64,000 bases of DNA, taken from NCBI GenBank assembly GCA_022426155.1, contig JAKMEE010000028.1, forward strand, positions 55,442 through 119,441, read 5' to 3'. This DNA is from Poseidonia sp. GTDB taxonomy: Archaea; Thermoplasmatota; Poseidoniia; Poseidoniales; Poseidoniaceae. The position numbers and the translations under genes are program-made. The notes beneath the pieces were generated by a model. It was not told the DNA's origin. It did no database searches and worked only from the letters and a program-made list of their open reading frames with translations. Positions 29,194 through 38,727 of the stretch are shown piece after piece. Within the stretch, counting starts at the first letter, position 1, and the number at the start of each line of letters is the position of its first letter.

Positions 29194-30783
29194 GATTGAT
29201 TGATGGCTCTTGAGATTGATGATGGTGAGCATACATGGCTTGGGTTGGAACCCTAGCATCCTTTGGTAGGATGTTTGGTCTTGCCAGGTACTTGAGCAAA
29301 CCAATGTGGTCCCTCGAAAATCAACACATTCATGCCCGTGGACGTGCCCAGTCACAAAGATATCAGGGACATTACGGATGACCAGTCCGTCTTCTGGTTC
29401 TGGAGAGAGTGGGGTTTTTCCACCCCATTGGGGGGCTAAATGCCTCCTTCTCAACATTTCTCGCATAGCCTCAACTGGGTCGGCGTATGTGACGGTTCTC
29501 AGGCCTGCGACAAAATCGTCAATTGATTTTCCATGGTAGGATAGAAGGCGTACTCCATGCAGTGAAAAATCACATGGATTACCAACAAATGTCGTTGCAT
29601 TGTAATCCTGTTGAATGTCCTTTTCAAATGTAGGTTGAGGCTCAGCGGGGCGAACGGCATCGTGGTTACCCGGGAGCATGACGCACTCCACCCAATCTGG
29701 TAGTAGTTCCAATAACCGTGCAAATTCAGTGTATTGTGCAAAGAGATCTGGGATGGCTAACTCTTTGTCCTGTCCAGGATAAATTCCAACACCATCAACA
29801 CAATCCCCTGATAGAATAAGATACTTGATGGTCTTGGCTAACGGGTCGGTGTGGAACCATCTCACCATTTTGTGCCACTGTGCTTCGAGGAATGTCTTTG
29901 ATCCCACGTGGATGTCCGAAAGGAATGCAACACTCACGCCATGTTCTGAACTGACTTTTTTATGCTGAGTTTCCAGAGGGAAATGTAAATCATCGACATA
30001 GAATAAATCACCAGTTTGACTGAATGTCCCTGAGACTCCAAGCACATCATCTGGCATCAAGCCGGCTTCAATAATCGCCTCATGCGCTCTATCTCGGTCG
30101 CTGCCAGATCGCTTCGTTAGCAGACATGTCATTTCACCTGTTTCATCTTCGAGTCCCCACATCAAATGCCCGTTCTTGGTATATCTTGGTTCATTGACCA
30201 ATCCAATAGCAACTGCCTTATTTTCGTAGCCCTGATACCGTGACGATTCAGCTAGTAGGCGTGCGATTTCTTGATGCTTACGGGGCAGACTTGAATTTTG
30301 AATAATCAATTTACGAATGCTTTGCAATCGATCGTTAAAACAAGCAGTGATATCTGTCATTTTTCCTTCAGTTGTCGAGTTTCCCGTTATGTCATAATGA
30401 ACCGTTATGTCATTGCCAACATCGTTAGCATGTGTTGAAAAATCCGATTGATTCCAATCTGGAAGGTTATTTCGAAATTGGATGTCAATGGGTTGAGGTT
30501 CAATTAATGGGGCTACCGTTCGAGCAAGATCACTTGGCAGTTTGGAATCAGGCTGTGCTCGTATTGGAGTGGGTGTTGTAATTGAAACATCATCTCCAAC
30601 ATGTGCAATCATTGCATCAAGCATCTCTGATGTCAGAAATCCCTTTGAGTAATTCAAAGATTGTGCCGCAGATATGACCTGCTCGGGGTGCTTTAATTCC
30701 AGTAATCGCTGTTTTAGGTCACGTTGAGGGAGTAACTTCTGAATTTTGAGGAGTTCCGCAATCTCGGCCCACCTCTCATCCAT
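29176..30783 (-). CDS. DNA polymerase D small subunit (DP1, 3'-5' exonuclease)
   Basis: OB fold (GLVNE...LEDETG); calcineurin-like motifs SDIHVGS, GDCVDGVGIYPGQ, PGNHD, YHG, GHVH; TWQDQTSYQ. Confidence 0.96.
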   Translation of the reverse strand: MDERWAEIAELLKIQKLLPQRDLKQRLLELKHPEQVISAAQSLNYSKGFLTSEMLDAMIAHVGDDVSITTPTPIRAQPDSKLPSDLARTVAPLIEPQPIDIQFRNNLPDWNQSDFSTHANDVGNDITVHYDITGNSTTEGKMTDITACFNDRLQSIRKLIIQNSSLPRKHQEIARLLAESSRYQGYENKAVAIGLVNEPRYTKNGHLMWGLEDETGEMTCLLTKRSGSDRDRAHEAIIEAGLMPDDVLGVSGTFSQTGDLFYVDDLHFPLETQHKKVSSEHGVSVAFLSDIHVGSKTFLEAQWHKMVRWFHTDPLAKTIKYLILSGDCVDGVGIYPGQDKELAIPDLFAQYTEFARLLELLPDWVECVMLPGNHDAVRPAEPQPTFEKDIQQDYNATTFVGNPCDFSLHGVRLLSYHGKSIDDFVAGLRTVTYADPVEAMREMLRRRHLAPQWGGKTPLSPEPEDGLVIRNVPDIFVTGHVHGHECVDFRGTTLVCSSTWQDQTSYQRMLGFQPKPCMLTIINLKSHQSISIPFA

Positions 30784-30860
30784 AACACGAATGGGGGACG
30801 ACGCTTCAAAAGGTGTGTGCTTCTTTCTGATGACGTGGAGGTGAGTGGAGGTTCACAAAA

Positions 30861-31556
30861 TCACTCTTCACCATCAACCCATTCGACCTCAAGGTCCAAT
30901 CCTGAACCATCATTCGAATCAGATGCAGACCAAGCCTCGTCTTGCCACGGGGCAGATTCCCTCGCCTCTTCATCACGACGTTCACGTTCTTCCTCTCGCT
31001 CTTTCTCTTGGCGTTTCGCAGTTTCAAGAGCCTCAATTTTCTGATTTCTTGCTTCTTCAGCATCGACCATGGCCTTGTCAAAACTTCCGATTGCTGTAAT
31101 CAGTGCAAAATGAACAAATCCAAATTTATTTTCTGCTCTTGTTCCACCGATTTGTGTCTGTTTTGCCGTTGCCCATGTGCGTGAAGCAATACCAACATAA
31201 ACGGTGCCAATTGGCTTGGTGGAACCTTCATTGGTGGGTCCAGCAATACCCGTAACAGAGATTGCAAAATCAGCATCTGCCCGCTTGAGCGCGCCTTGAG
31301 CCATTTCAATTGCAACCTTCGCAGATACGGCACCTTTTGCTTCTAAGGTTTCAGGAAGAACATCGAGTTCACTAATTTTAGCTTCATTCGCATACGTGAC
31401 CCATGACTGGGTGAACCAAGAACTTGCTCCAGCAATATCGGTGAGGGTGCTGGCAAGTAAACCGCCGGTGCACGATTCAGCAACGGTGATCTTGTGTCCA
31501 CCTCCTTTGAGACGGCGGACCAATCGAGTGGCCGTCGTTTGGATATTGTCATCCAT
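30861..31556 (-). CDS. CinA C-terminal domain / PncC (NMN deamidase) family protein with acidic tail
   Basis: TVAESCTGG, GASSWF, YANEAK, GAVS, SVTGIAGP, PIGTVY. Start placed at MDDNIQ. Confidence 0.88.
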   Translation of the reverse strand: MDDNIQTTATRLVRRLKGGGHKITVAESCTGGLLASTLTDIAGASSWFTQSWVTYANEAKISELDVLPETLEAKGAVSAKVAIEMAQGALKRADADFAISVTGIAGPTNEGSTKPIGTVYVGIASRTWATAKQTQIGGTRAENKFGFVHFALITAIGSFDKAMVDAEEARNQKIEALETAKRQEKEREEERERRDEEARESAPWQDEAWSASDSNDGSGLDLEVEWVDGEE

Positions 31557-31635
31557 TGGTAATGCCTCGCGACGGCTGGTTTTGAGGTTATGCCTTGTGC
31601 GGATTCTTGAAAAGGGAGGCTCAACAGGACTCATT

Positions 31636-31708
31636 GGGTCTGTGGTCTAGCGGTTATGACACCGCCCTTACACGGCGTTGATCGAGGGTTCGAGTCCCTC
31701 CAGACCCA
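31636..31708 (+). tRNA. tRNA-Val (anticodon TAC)
   Basis: Acceptor GGGTCTG/CAGACCC, anticodon loop CTTACAC, T arm GAGGG-TTCGAGT-CCCTC. Confidence 0.93.
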
Positions 31709-31709
31709 C

Positions 31710-32015
31710 TTACCACAAATGAGCGGATAAATCGTCCTTTTTACTAGCAATGACCTTCGTTATGCCTGTTTTTTGTTGGAGGGCAAGGGCGTCGTTGGAT
31801 TCATCGACGAGCAGGAGATGCACCGCCCTCATCCATAGTCCTTCTTCAATGAGTTTACCTCGGTGGTCAACCGCAACCAAAACGTCTTCTAATTCGCTGA
31901 ACATTAGTGCAGCGGTTGCATGAGGGAGATTCTCTGCTACAAGGATTAACCAGCGCTTGTTTTGAAGCGCTGCTCTCGGGCGTTCACCCAACTCATGGAA
32001 ATGAACCACTTCCAT
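31710..32015 (-). CDS. Hypothetical protein (~101 aa)
   Basis: ATG lies 1 nt after the pelota stop (TGA-G-ATG), suggesting translational coupling. Confidence 0.65.
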   Translation of the reverse strand: MEVVHFHELGERPRAALQNKRWLILVAENLPHATAALMFSELEDVLVAVDHRGKLIEEGLWMRAVHLLLVDESNDALALQQKTGITKVIASKKDDLSAHLW

Positions 32016-32016
32016 C

Positions 32017-33084
32017 TCAATCCATCCTGTATCGAAGGAGAGCAATAGCCCCACCCATCCCCAACAACTGCTCACCGGGGTCATGGTCGGTTGAACATTG
32101 AACGAGTTTTCCCCCCATCGCAGAGAGTTGCTCCGCCCAGGTCATCCATGTTTTCCCATCAATTTCCACCGATGGTTCGCGTAGTAAATCAGCTGATATG
32201 AGCAAGGTTTCGATGGCACCCTCTTCCATTGCTCGTTGTAGGGCAGATCGGCCATAGGCTACTGCACCATTTGTCCCGATTCGTGTGAGAGATTCATTGA
32301 GGAGTGCAATCTCCTGAACCATGTTGTGATGTTCAAGAATTGAACCTGCTAAACCGTCTTGCAATACTTCGTTGGCTGCCCCGCGACCCCCCATCTTGGT
32401 CCCTACGGAAATCATTTGTCGGACATGCCCTTCTGACTTGAGTTCGGCGAGAACCCGATCACGATTGTGGCCTGGTCCACAAATCACCAATGGAATCTCT
32501 TTCGATAATTGTTGAGTCAGTCCGTGAACCACTTTCGATCTGAATTGATGAGCCACATTGGCAGCCTCACGTGCACCACTGCGTTTTCCACCTCCGCGCA
32601 TGGTCCACGTAGCACTCTCTTTGAGCCCACGTCCTGTGACAAAGAAAAGAATCATTTCATCTCCTTCAACCACCAATAGTGCAACTTCTCCACGCTTAGC
32701 AGCTTCCTCTGATTCCAAGAGTAAATCAACATCAATTGAAGACCATGGGTGGGATGAACGAAGCATGACGTCATCTCTGACCTCTACGATGTGGGTGTGA
32801 TGCATGCCGATGTCAATGGGTGCCTTCTCAATGGTACCATGCACGCGTAATACGTCGCTGAATGGAACATGCTCTGAAGAAAGAACCGCTAGTTCGATCC
32901 ACATTTTCTTTCGCTCTGCCTGTTTTGCACGACCCCCCTCTTCACCCCCGGTGGTTTGATCTCGACGTTCTCCGAGCATGCCAAAGGTTGTACCTGATCT
33001 TGCAAGACGAGTCAACGTCCATAAATCATCAACAGATTCTACGCGCAACCGCCATTCCTGTGCGTCACGTTTCAGAATCTTCAT
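32017..33084 (-). CDS. pelA: mRNA surveillance protein pelota (aPelota/Dom34)
   Basis: ESVDDLWTL, LRVHGTI, GMHHT, LVICGPG, AVAYG, GAIETLLISADL, GGAIALLRY. Confidence 0.93.
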   Translation of the reverse strand: MKILKRDAQEWRLRVESVDDLWTLTRLARSGTTFGMLGERRDQTTGGEEGGRAKQAERKKMWIELAVLSSEHVPFSDVLRVHGTIEKAPIDIGMHHTHIVEVRDDVMLRSSHPWSSIDVDLLLESEEAAKRGEVALLVVEGDEMILFFVTGRGLKESATWTMRGGGKRSGAREAANVAHQFRSKVVHGLTQQLSKEIPLVICGPGHNRDRVLAELKSEGHVRQMISVGTKMGGRGAANEVLQDGLAGSILEHHNMVQEIALLNESLTRIGTNGAVAYGRSALQRAMEEGAIETLLISADLLREPSVEIDGKTWMTWAEQLSAMGGKLVQCSTDHDPGEQLLGMGGAIALLRYRMD

Positions 33085-33088
33085 GCCT

Positions 33089-34804
33089 TCACCCGAATAC
33101 ACCGAGAAGATTTCCATCTTCATCCATGTCCATGTCCAAAGCAGCTGGTCGTTTTGGTAATCCTGGCATGGTCATCATGTTTCCTAGGATGGCTACAATG
33201 AAACCGGCTCCAGCATTGAGGCGGAATTCCCGTATGGGGACGGTAAATCCACTTGGGGCGCCGAGTTGCCCGGGGTCATGAGAAAATGAATACTGTGTCT
33301 TTGCCATGCAAACGGGGAGGTGTCCATATCCCCATGAACGGATACGGTCTAATTCTCTCTTCGCCTTTGCATCAAGGGCCAATCCACTCGCCTTGTACAT
33401 CCTTGTTGCAATGGCTTCTGCCTTTTCAAGAACATCGGTTTCAGGAACAAATAACGGTACAAAAGGTCGTCCTGCTGCGACATGGTTTTGCACCGCCTTG
33501 ACCACTGCTTCAGCCAAATCTTTGCCTCCTGGGCCACCTTTGCTGTGAACTTCAGTAATGCAAACACTGGCTGCACCACTCTCATGGGCGGCATTTGTGA
33601 TAGCAGAAATTTCAGCATTTGTGTCAGAGGCGAACCGATTGATTGAGACGACAACCGGTACGCCAAACGAGGCCATGTTGCGAATGTGACGATCAAGGTT
33701 ACTTTTCGCTCCGACTTCGGTAGCAGCGATATTTTCTGCCTCAAGTGTTGCTTTGTCTGGACGGATACCTCCTCTGTCTCCGAAGGCACCACCATGGAGT
33801 TTCATTGAGCGGACGGTGACGTTCATGACGACGCAATCAGGGGATTTCCCTGAATTTGCGGCTTTGATGTGCATGAATTTTTCTGCTCCCATATCCGAAC
33901 CAAACCCTGCTTCAGTTACGACAAAGTCTGCGCTTGCCAATGCCATTCGGTCAGCGATGATGCTTGAATTCCCGTGGGCAATGTTGGCAAATGGCCCACC
34001 GTGGATAAATGCAGGGTTTCCTTCCAGAGTTTGTACGATGTTGGGGAGGAAGGCTTGGCGAAGGAGGAGAGCCATCGCTCCAGCCCCACCGATGTCGCTG
34101 GCTTTGACAGGATTTCCTTCAGTCGAGGTCCCTACAACAATTTGACCGAGGCGATGTCGGAGATCTGCGTAATCTTTGGCCAGGACGAGGATGGCCATCA
34201 CCTCACTCGCCGCGGTGATGTCGAATCGGTCTTGGCGGACATGGCCGTTTGCAGGACCACCTAAACCAACGACGGTTTGGCGAAGAGCCCGGTCGTTCAT
34301 GTCGATCACACGTGGCCAAACAATACGTGTTGAGTCCAATTTCGAAGCATTCCCATGTTTGATATGGTTGTCAATGAGAGCTGAGAGAAGGTTGTGCGCT
34401 GATGTGACGGCATGGAGGTCTCCGGTCAAGTGGAGATTGATATCTTCCATGGGAAGCACCTGTGCGTGGCCACCGCCCGCTGCTCCTCCCTTGATGCCAA
34501 ATACTGGGCCCATGGATGGTTCTCGAATGACACAGGTTGCGGATTGGCCAATATGACAGAGGGCTTGCGTGAGGCCAATGGTCGTCACCGTCTTGCCTTC
34601 ACCAAATGGGGTTGGGTTGACCGAGGTGACGAGGATGAGGCTCCCCTGGGGCTTGTCAAACCGGGATTTGAGTGCACTCCAAGTAATCTTTGCAACTCCT
34701 TGACTCATCGGTGTGAGTTCATGAGATGAAATGCCCAATTTCCATGCAATGGCTTCGATGGGTTCCATTTTTGCCGCTCGTGCGATTTCCAAATCACTGG
34801 CCAT
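33089..34804 (-). CDS. fhs: Formate--tetrahydrofolate ligase
   Basis: PTPFGEGKT, IREPSMGPVFGIKGGAAGGG, HGGPFANIAHG, TEAGFG, CMAKTQYS, MPGLP. Confidence 0.97.
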   Translation of the reverse strand: MASDLEIARAAKMEPIEAIAWKLGISSHELTPMSQGVAKITWSALKSRFDKPQGSLILVTSVNPTPFGEGKTVTTIGLTQALCHIGQSATCVIREPSMGPVFGIKGGAAGGGHAQVLPMEDINLHLTGDLHAVTSAHNLLSALIDNHIKHGNASKLDSTRIVWPRVIDMNDRALRQTVVGLGGPANGHVRQDRFDITAASEVMAILVLAKDYADLRHRLGQIVVGTSTEGNPVKASDIGGAGAMALLLRQAFLPNIVQTLEGNPAFIHGGPFANIAHGNSSIIADRMALASADFVVTEAGFGSDMGAEKFMHIKAANSGKSPDCVVMNVTVRSMKLHGGAFGDRGGIRPDKATLEAENIAATEVGAKSNLDRHIRNMASFGVPVVVSINRFASDTNAEISAITNAAHESGAASVCITEVHSKGGPGGKDLAEAVVKAVQNHVAAGRPFVPLFVPETDVLEKAEAIATRMYKASGLALDAKAKRELDRIRSWGYGHLPVCMAKTQYSFSHDPGQLGAPSGFTVPIREFRLNAGAGFIVAILGNMMTMPGLPKRPAALDMDMDEDGNLLGVFG

Positions 34805-34897
34805 GGACGAGTTTGCGTGTCGTTGAGTCTTTCAACCCCTCGCTTGTTGAACGAGCAGAAGGCCTGTTTCCACACCAATTTGAATGGGCGGAATGCT

Positions 34898-36292
34898 TCA
34901 ATCATCTTTCATTTCGCCAAGATACTCTGGTAGTTCAACACCAGCCATCTTGGCAACATCGTGAATTGGTGGAAGACTTTGCATAAGGGATGAGACAAAG
35001 TTTGACGTTGAACCGTTGCCATCAGCGCTGTTTCCAGAATCCCATACAGTGATCTTGTCAATCTTGAGGTTGGCAATGGCTTCAGTTTGTCGAGCCACCA
35101 AGTCCTCAATCTTCTCGACCATAAGGAGAGTGGCTGCAGCCTTTGCATCTCCGTTAGCACTTGCGACTAGCTTAGCGTATCCTTCGGCCTTAGCTTCCAG
35201 AACGGCACGTTGTCCTTCTGCTTCTGCATTGTAGGCTGCAAGGGTAGCATCTGCCCGTCCTCTTGCGATGCGTCGTTGGCGTTCGGCTTCTGCTTCAGCA
35301 GCAATTTCGATTTGTTGCTTCGAAACTTCTTCACGAGCAATTTCATCAGCACGAAGGCGTTGACCCTCAAACTCGTATTGAGCCTTTTCGATTTCAACTT
35401 GAGCACGACGCTTTGCAACTTCTGAACGTTGCAGAGCTTCTGCTTCACGCTCTGCCAGGTCGGCATTGTATGAGGCGATGTCGGCACGGGAGATGTTCTC
35501 ACCTTCAACTGCTTTGGATTCTTGTTGCTGAACGAAGACACGTCGGTCCGCTTCCGCTTCCTTTTGTCCCTTGTCAGATTCAGCTTGATTCCGTGCGACT
35601 TCAATTTCACGGTCACGGTCGGCTACTGCTTGCCCAACTGCACCTTGGCGAGTTGCATTTGCACGGTCGACGTCAGCGGAAGCGATTGCTTCGGCTGCAG
35701 CCTTTGCACCGATGGACTTGATGTAATCAGCCTCGTCAGTGATGTCAGTAATGTTGACGTTGATGAGGTACAGACCAATCTTGTGCAACTCTGTGTCGAC
35801 GTTGTTGGCCACAAGGGACAAGAATGCTTCACGGTCTTGGTTGATTTCTTCGATGGTGAGTGAAGCAACGGTCAAACGAAGTTGACCGAAGATGATCTCC
35901 TTGGCCATGTCTTCAATTTGGTTTGGAGGTAGGTTGAGCAATCGCTCTGCAGCGTTTTGCATGATGGATGGTTCAGTTGAGATACCAATGGTAAAGGTTG
36001 AAGGAACGTTGATACGGATGTTTTGCTGAGAAAGCGCGTGTTCAAGGTTGATGTTGATAGTGAGTGGTTTCAAGTCCAGCATGGCATAACTTTGGATGAG
36101 CGGCCAAACGATGCGTCCACCTCCGTGGTAACATGCTGCTGCACCTGATCCTTTCACGTTACCGTAAACGACCAGGATTTTATCTGAAGGTGCGAGTTTG
36201 TATCGGTTTGCTGCGATGTAAACGGTTGCAAGCAACACGAATACAAACAGTCCAGTTCCAAGTAGTACTAATGATCCAACTATATCTGCCAT
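34898..36292 (-). CDS. Flotillin family (SPFH + coiled coil) protein
   Basis: N-terminal TM, SPFH core (GQLRLTVASLTIEEINQDRE), long Ala/Glu coiled coil, NLKIDKITVWD. Confidence 0.93.
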   Translation of the reverse strand: MADIVGSLVLLGTGLFVFVLLATVYIAANRYKLAPSDKILVVYGNVKGSGAAACYHGGGRIVWPLIQSYAMLDLKPLTININLEHALSQQNIRINVPSTFTIGISTEPSIMQNAAERLLNLPPNQIEDMAKEIIFGQLRLTVASLTIEEINQDREAFLSLVANNVDTELHKIGLYLINVNITDITDEADYIKSIGAKAAAEAIASADVDRANATRQGAVGQAVADRDREIEVARNQAESDKGQKEAEADRRVFVQQQESKAVEGENISRADIASYNADLAEREAEALQRSEVAKRRAQVEIEKAQYEFEGQRLRADEIAREEVSKQQIEIAAEAEAERQRRIARGRADATLAAYNAEAEGQRAVLEAKAEGYAKLVASANGDAKAAATLLMVEKIEDLVARQTEAIANLKIDKITVWDSGNSADGNGSTSNFVSSLMQSLPPIHDVAKMAGVELPEYLGEMKDD

Positions 36293-36294
36293 AA

Positions 36295-36918
36295 TTATTC
36301 CTCTTCATTTATTATTTTGGCTTTCCTGTTAAGGGGTTTGACGATAAGAATCTCTCCTATCGTGTCAACAACCTCAATCAATGTGCCTGTTTCAAGGGTG
36401 ACTGCCTCCTCGTCTGAACGAGCAGACATGGTGCGCAGAGCTCCCTGGAATTCAACTTGTACTTGCCCAGGCTTGTTCGAGGCAATGCGACGGTATACCG
36501 TTCCTCTCGAGCCGAGTGCTTTGTTGTGGACAACGGTCCCATCAGATTCCAAACTTCTCATGGCTTGGAAAACTTTGGCGACGAGATACATTGAGGCGAT
36601 ACCTGCTGCTGTACCTGCTAAAACGGCAAGAACAGCGTTTGTATTTTCTCCAGACTGTGATACTGCGAGGCCAAAAATCCCGAACATCATAATGAAACTC
36701 AGTAGTCCTTGAAGGGTAAACATATGGAAGACGCCAGCAGCATCCATTTCAAAGTCAAAACCAGCGACCTCCAACATTCCGTCGGCTGCGCCGGTGACCA
36801 GTACAAGGATGAAATAAAGGATGAAGAGGATGGTTCCAATGATAGCACAGGCCGCAAAGAGAACATCAACGCCAGAGACGCTTCCGAGTCCGAACCAGTC
36901 TAGAATCGTGTCGAGCAT
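36295..36918 (-). CDS. NfeD-like membrane protein (YuaF-type, C-terminal OB fold)
   Basis: Three TM segments, then GTVYRRI...GQVQVEFQG...G(T)LIEVV; directly upstream of flotillin. Confidence 0.85.
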   Translation of the reverse strand: MLDTILDWFGLGSVSGVDVLFAACAIIGTILFILYFILVLVTGAADGMLEVAGFDFEMDAAGVFHMFTLQGLLSFIMMFGIFGLAVSQSGENTNAVLAVLAGTAAGIASMYLVAKVFQAMRSLESDGTVVHNKALGSRGTVYRRIASNKPGQVQVEFQGALRTMSARSDEEAVTLETGTLIEVVDTIGEILIVKPLNRKAKIINEEE

Positions 36919-36927
36919 GAATTCACC

Positions 36928-37200
36928 TCATTCACCCGAGTCTGTGTTACGCTTTGATACTTTGCCCGCTTTTATTGCAGGGCGAATATAGAGAATGTAG
37001 TAATGACCGTAAACGATGGGGCCAAGTGAAAAGCCAACTGCGAGACCAATCCCCCATGCAGGAAGATTAAGTGCCCAAGCAATAGCGAGTACGATTAATA
37101 GAGAAAGCAATATGGAGGCCTTTTCGAGAATCATGGCATAGATGTTGGTGCCCTCGTTCACTTGGTCTTTCATGAGAAAGACATCCCCCAAGCCAGTCAT
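36928..37200 (-). CDS. Small hypothetical membrane protein
   Basis: 90 aa with two hydrophobic segments; 9-bp gaps to neighbours. Confidence 0.7.
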   Translation of the reverse strand: MTGLGDVFLMKDQVNEGTNIYAMILEKASILLSLLIVLAIAWALNLPAWGIGLAVGFSLGPIVYGHYYILYIRPAIKAGKVSKRNTDSGE

Positions 37201-37209
37201 TGATGTTCC

Positions 37210-37587
37210 TCACAATAAATTGGACCATGTGCTTTCACAGGCCCAAACGATGAATATCACAGTGATAAACAACCCAAATGCTCCAGAGCGTTGTTGCTCT
37301 TGGTTGGTTTCAACGATTTGATACGCACCAGTATCATCCTTGATGATTTGAGTGTATGGGTTGGTGATGTAACTTCCATCTGTCATGTTCTTTTTGTCCA
37401 TTTTTATGATTTGATAACTCGCCAATAGTATGGTGCCAATGATGATGCCAACAGCAGGCCCAAATTCAGAAGCTAAGGCCTCCTCGAAACGTGCATAGCT
37501 TGCAACTGACAAGTACATGGTGAGCAGGCCAAACATCGTTTTACCAAATTTGGATTGCTTGTTCGCTTCGGTTATCATATGGTCCAT
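37210..37587 (-). CDS. Hypothetical membrane protein
   Basis: 125 aa with three hydrophobic segments; TTAAAA at -29..-24 upstream. Confidence 0.65.
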   Translation of the reverse strand: MDHMITEANKQSKFGKTMFGLLTMYLSVASYARFEEALASEFGPAVGIIIGTILLASYQIIKMDKKNMTDGSYITNPYTQIIKDDTGAYQIVETNQEQQRSGAFGLFITVIFIVWACESTWSNLL

Positions 37588-37682
37588 GAAAATTTGAAAG
37601 CATGCTGTCGTTTTAATCTTCCTCCTTGACCGTGGGCAATGGATGAAGCTTGGTGCAGTAAGATTGGTGTGCGTGGATTGAA

Positions 37683-38690
37683 ATGCTTGAGGGGTTTACC
37701 AAATCCATGGGCGATATCAGGTATGCTATCGCTGGTTCACCTGTTAAACACAGTCTATCTCCTCTTTTGACCGCTCTTGTCTGTGATGCTCTGGGCCTCA
37801 CAAGAGGTCCTGTCAGCCTGCACATGGAGTTGGTCGATGCGACGCGCATCAGCGATGCGCTTGCTTGGGGGTATGCAGGGGCGGTTCCTCAACCGATGGA
37901 ATGGGATTCAACTCAATCCCCTTTCGGTAAATTTCGAACAACAGCATTGCTGGAAAAAGCCATGACCAGTGCCCGTCAGATAGAGGAAGGGTCCCCGTAC
38001 TTAACGCAGGAACATGATGGTTCGAATATACCTACATTTAATTTTGAATTGGATGCTCTACCGACGAGAATGTTCAAAAACGAAATATGGATGAATTTAA
38101 CTTCACCACTGAAGCACCAGTTGGATTCAGATGCTGTGGTATGCATCGACCAATCAATGGAATACAAAAGCATCAATGCCTTGCGTTGGGATGGTAAAGG
38201 ATGGTGGTGCGGTGGATTTGATGGATTAGGTGTTTGTGAAGTATTCCAGCATTTAGGATTTGAACCAAACCAACACGTTTTGGGCATCATTGGTGGGGGC
38301 GGAGCTGCCCGATCAACTGCTGCAGCTTGGGCAGAAAGAGGAGGGCGAATCAACTCAATTGGAGGGCGCAGAGAACTCATGAATGGACCATGGGATCAGG
38401 CACTTACCGATGACGAGGCCAACATCACTGTAAATTTTGAACCAGCCGATGTGAATGCCGAACATCCAAACCTCCTCAATGGCATTTATGTTGAGATGGA
38501 AGGTCCAGCAGAAGAGCGTCTTCGTCAATTAGCTCAGCCACCCTATGATGGTCGATGGCTGCTTGTTGCTCAACACTTGGCATGTTGGCGGTGGCTCTGG
38601 GCCCCCGAACTAGCCGACTCCTTGCCTAGCCTTGACCTCTTGTTGACGCGTTTGGTTGAGGCTGAAACAACGCTTGCAGAGTATGCCTGA
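37683..38690 (+). CDS. Shikimate dehydrogenase-like protein (AroE family, divergent)
   Basis: HSLSP, NLTSPLK (catalytic Lys), INAL, FDGLG (Asp), GGGGAAR. Confidence 0.75.
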   Translation: MLEGFTKSMGDIRYAIAGSPVKHSLSPLLTALVCDALGLTRGPVSLHMELVDATRISDALAWGYAGAVPQPMEWDSTQSPFGKFRTTALLEKAMTSARQIEEGSPYLTQEHDGSNIPTFNFELDALPTRMFKNEIWMNLTSPLKHQLDSDAVVCIDQSMEYKSINALRWDGKGWWCGGFDGLGVCEVFQHLGFEPNQHVLGIIGGGGAARSTAAAWAERGGRINSIGGRRELMNGPWDQALTDDEANITVNFEPADVNAEHPNLLNGIYVEMEGPAEERLRQLAQPPYDGRWLLVAQHLACWRWLWAPELADSLPSLDLLLTRLVEAETTLAEYA

Positions 38691-38727
38691 GTGCGAAGGC
38701 TCTAAGTGAGTTTACAGACAGAGATAA

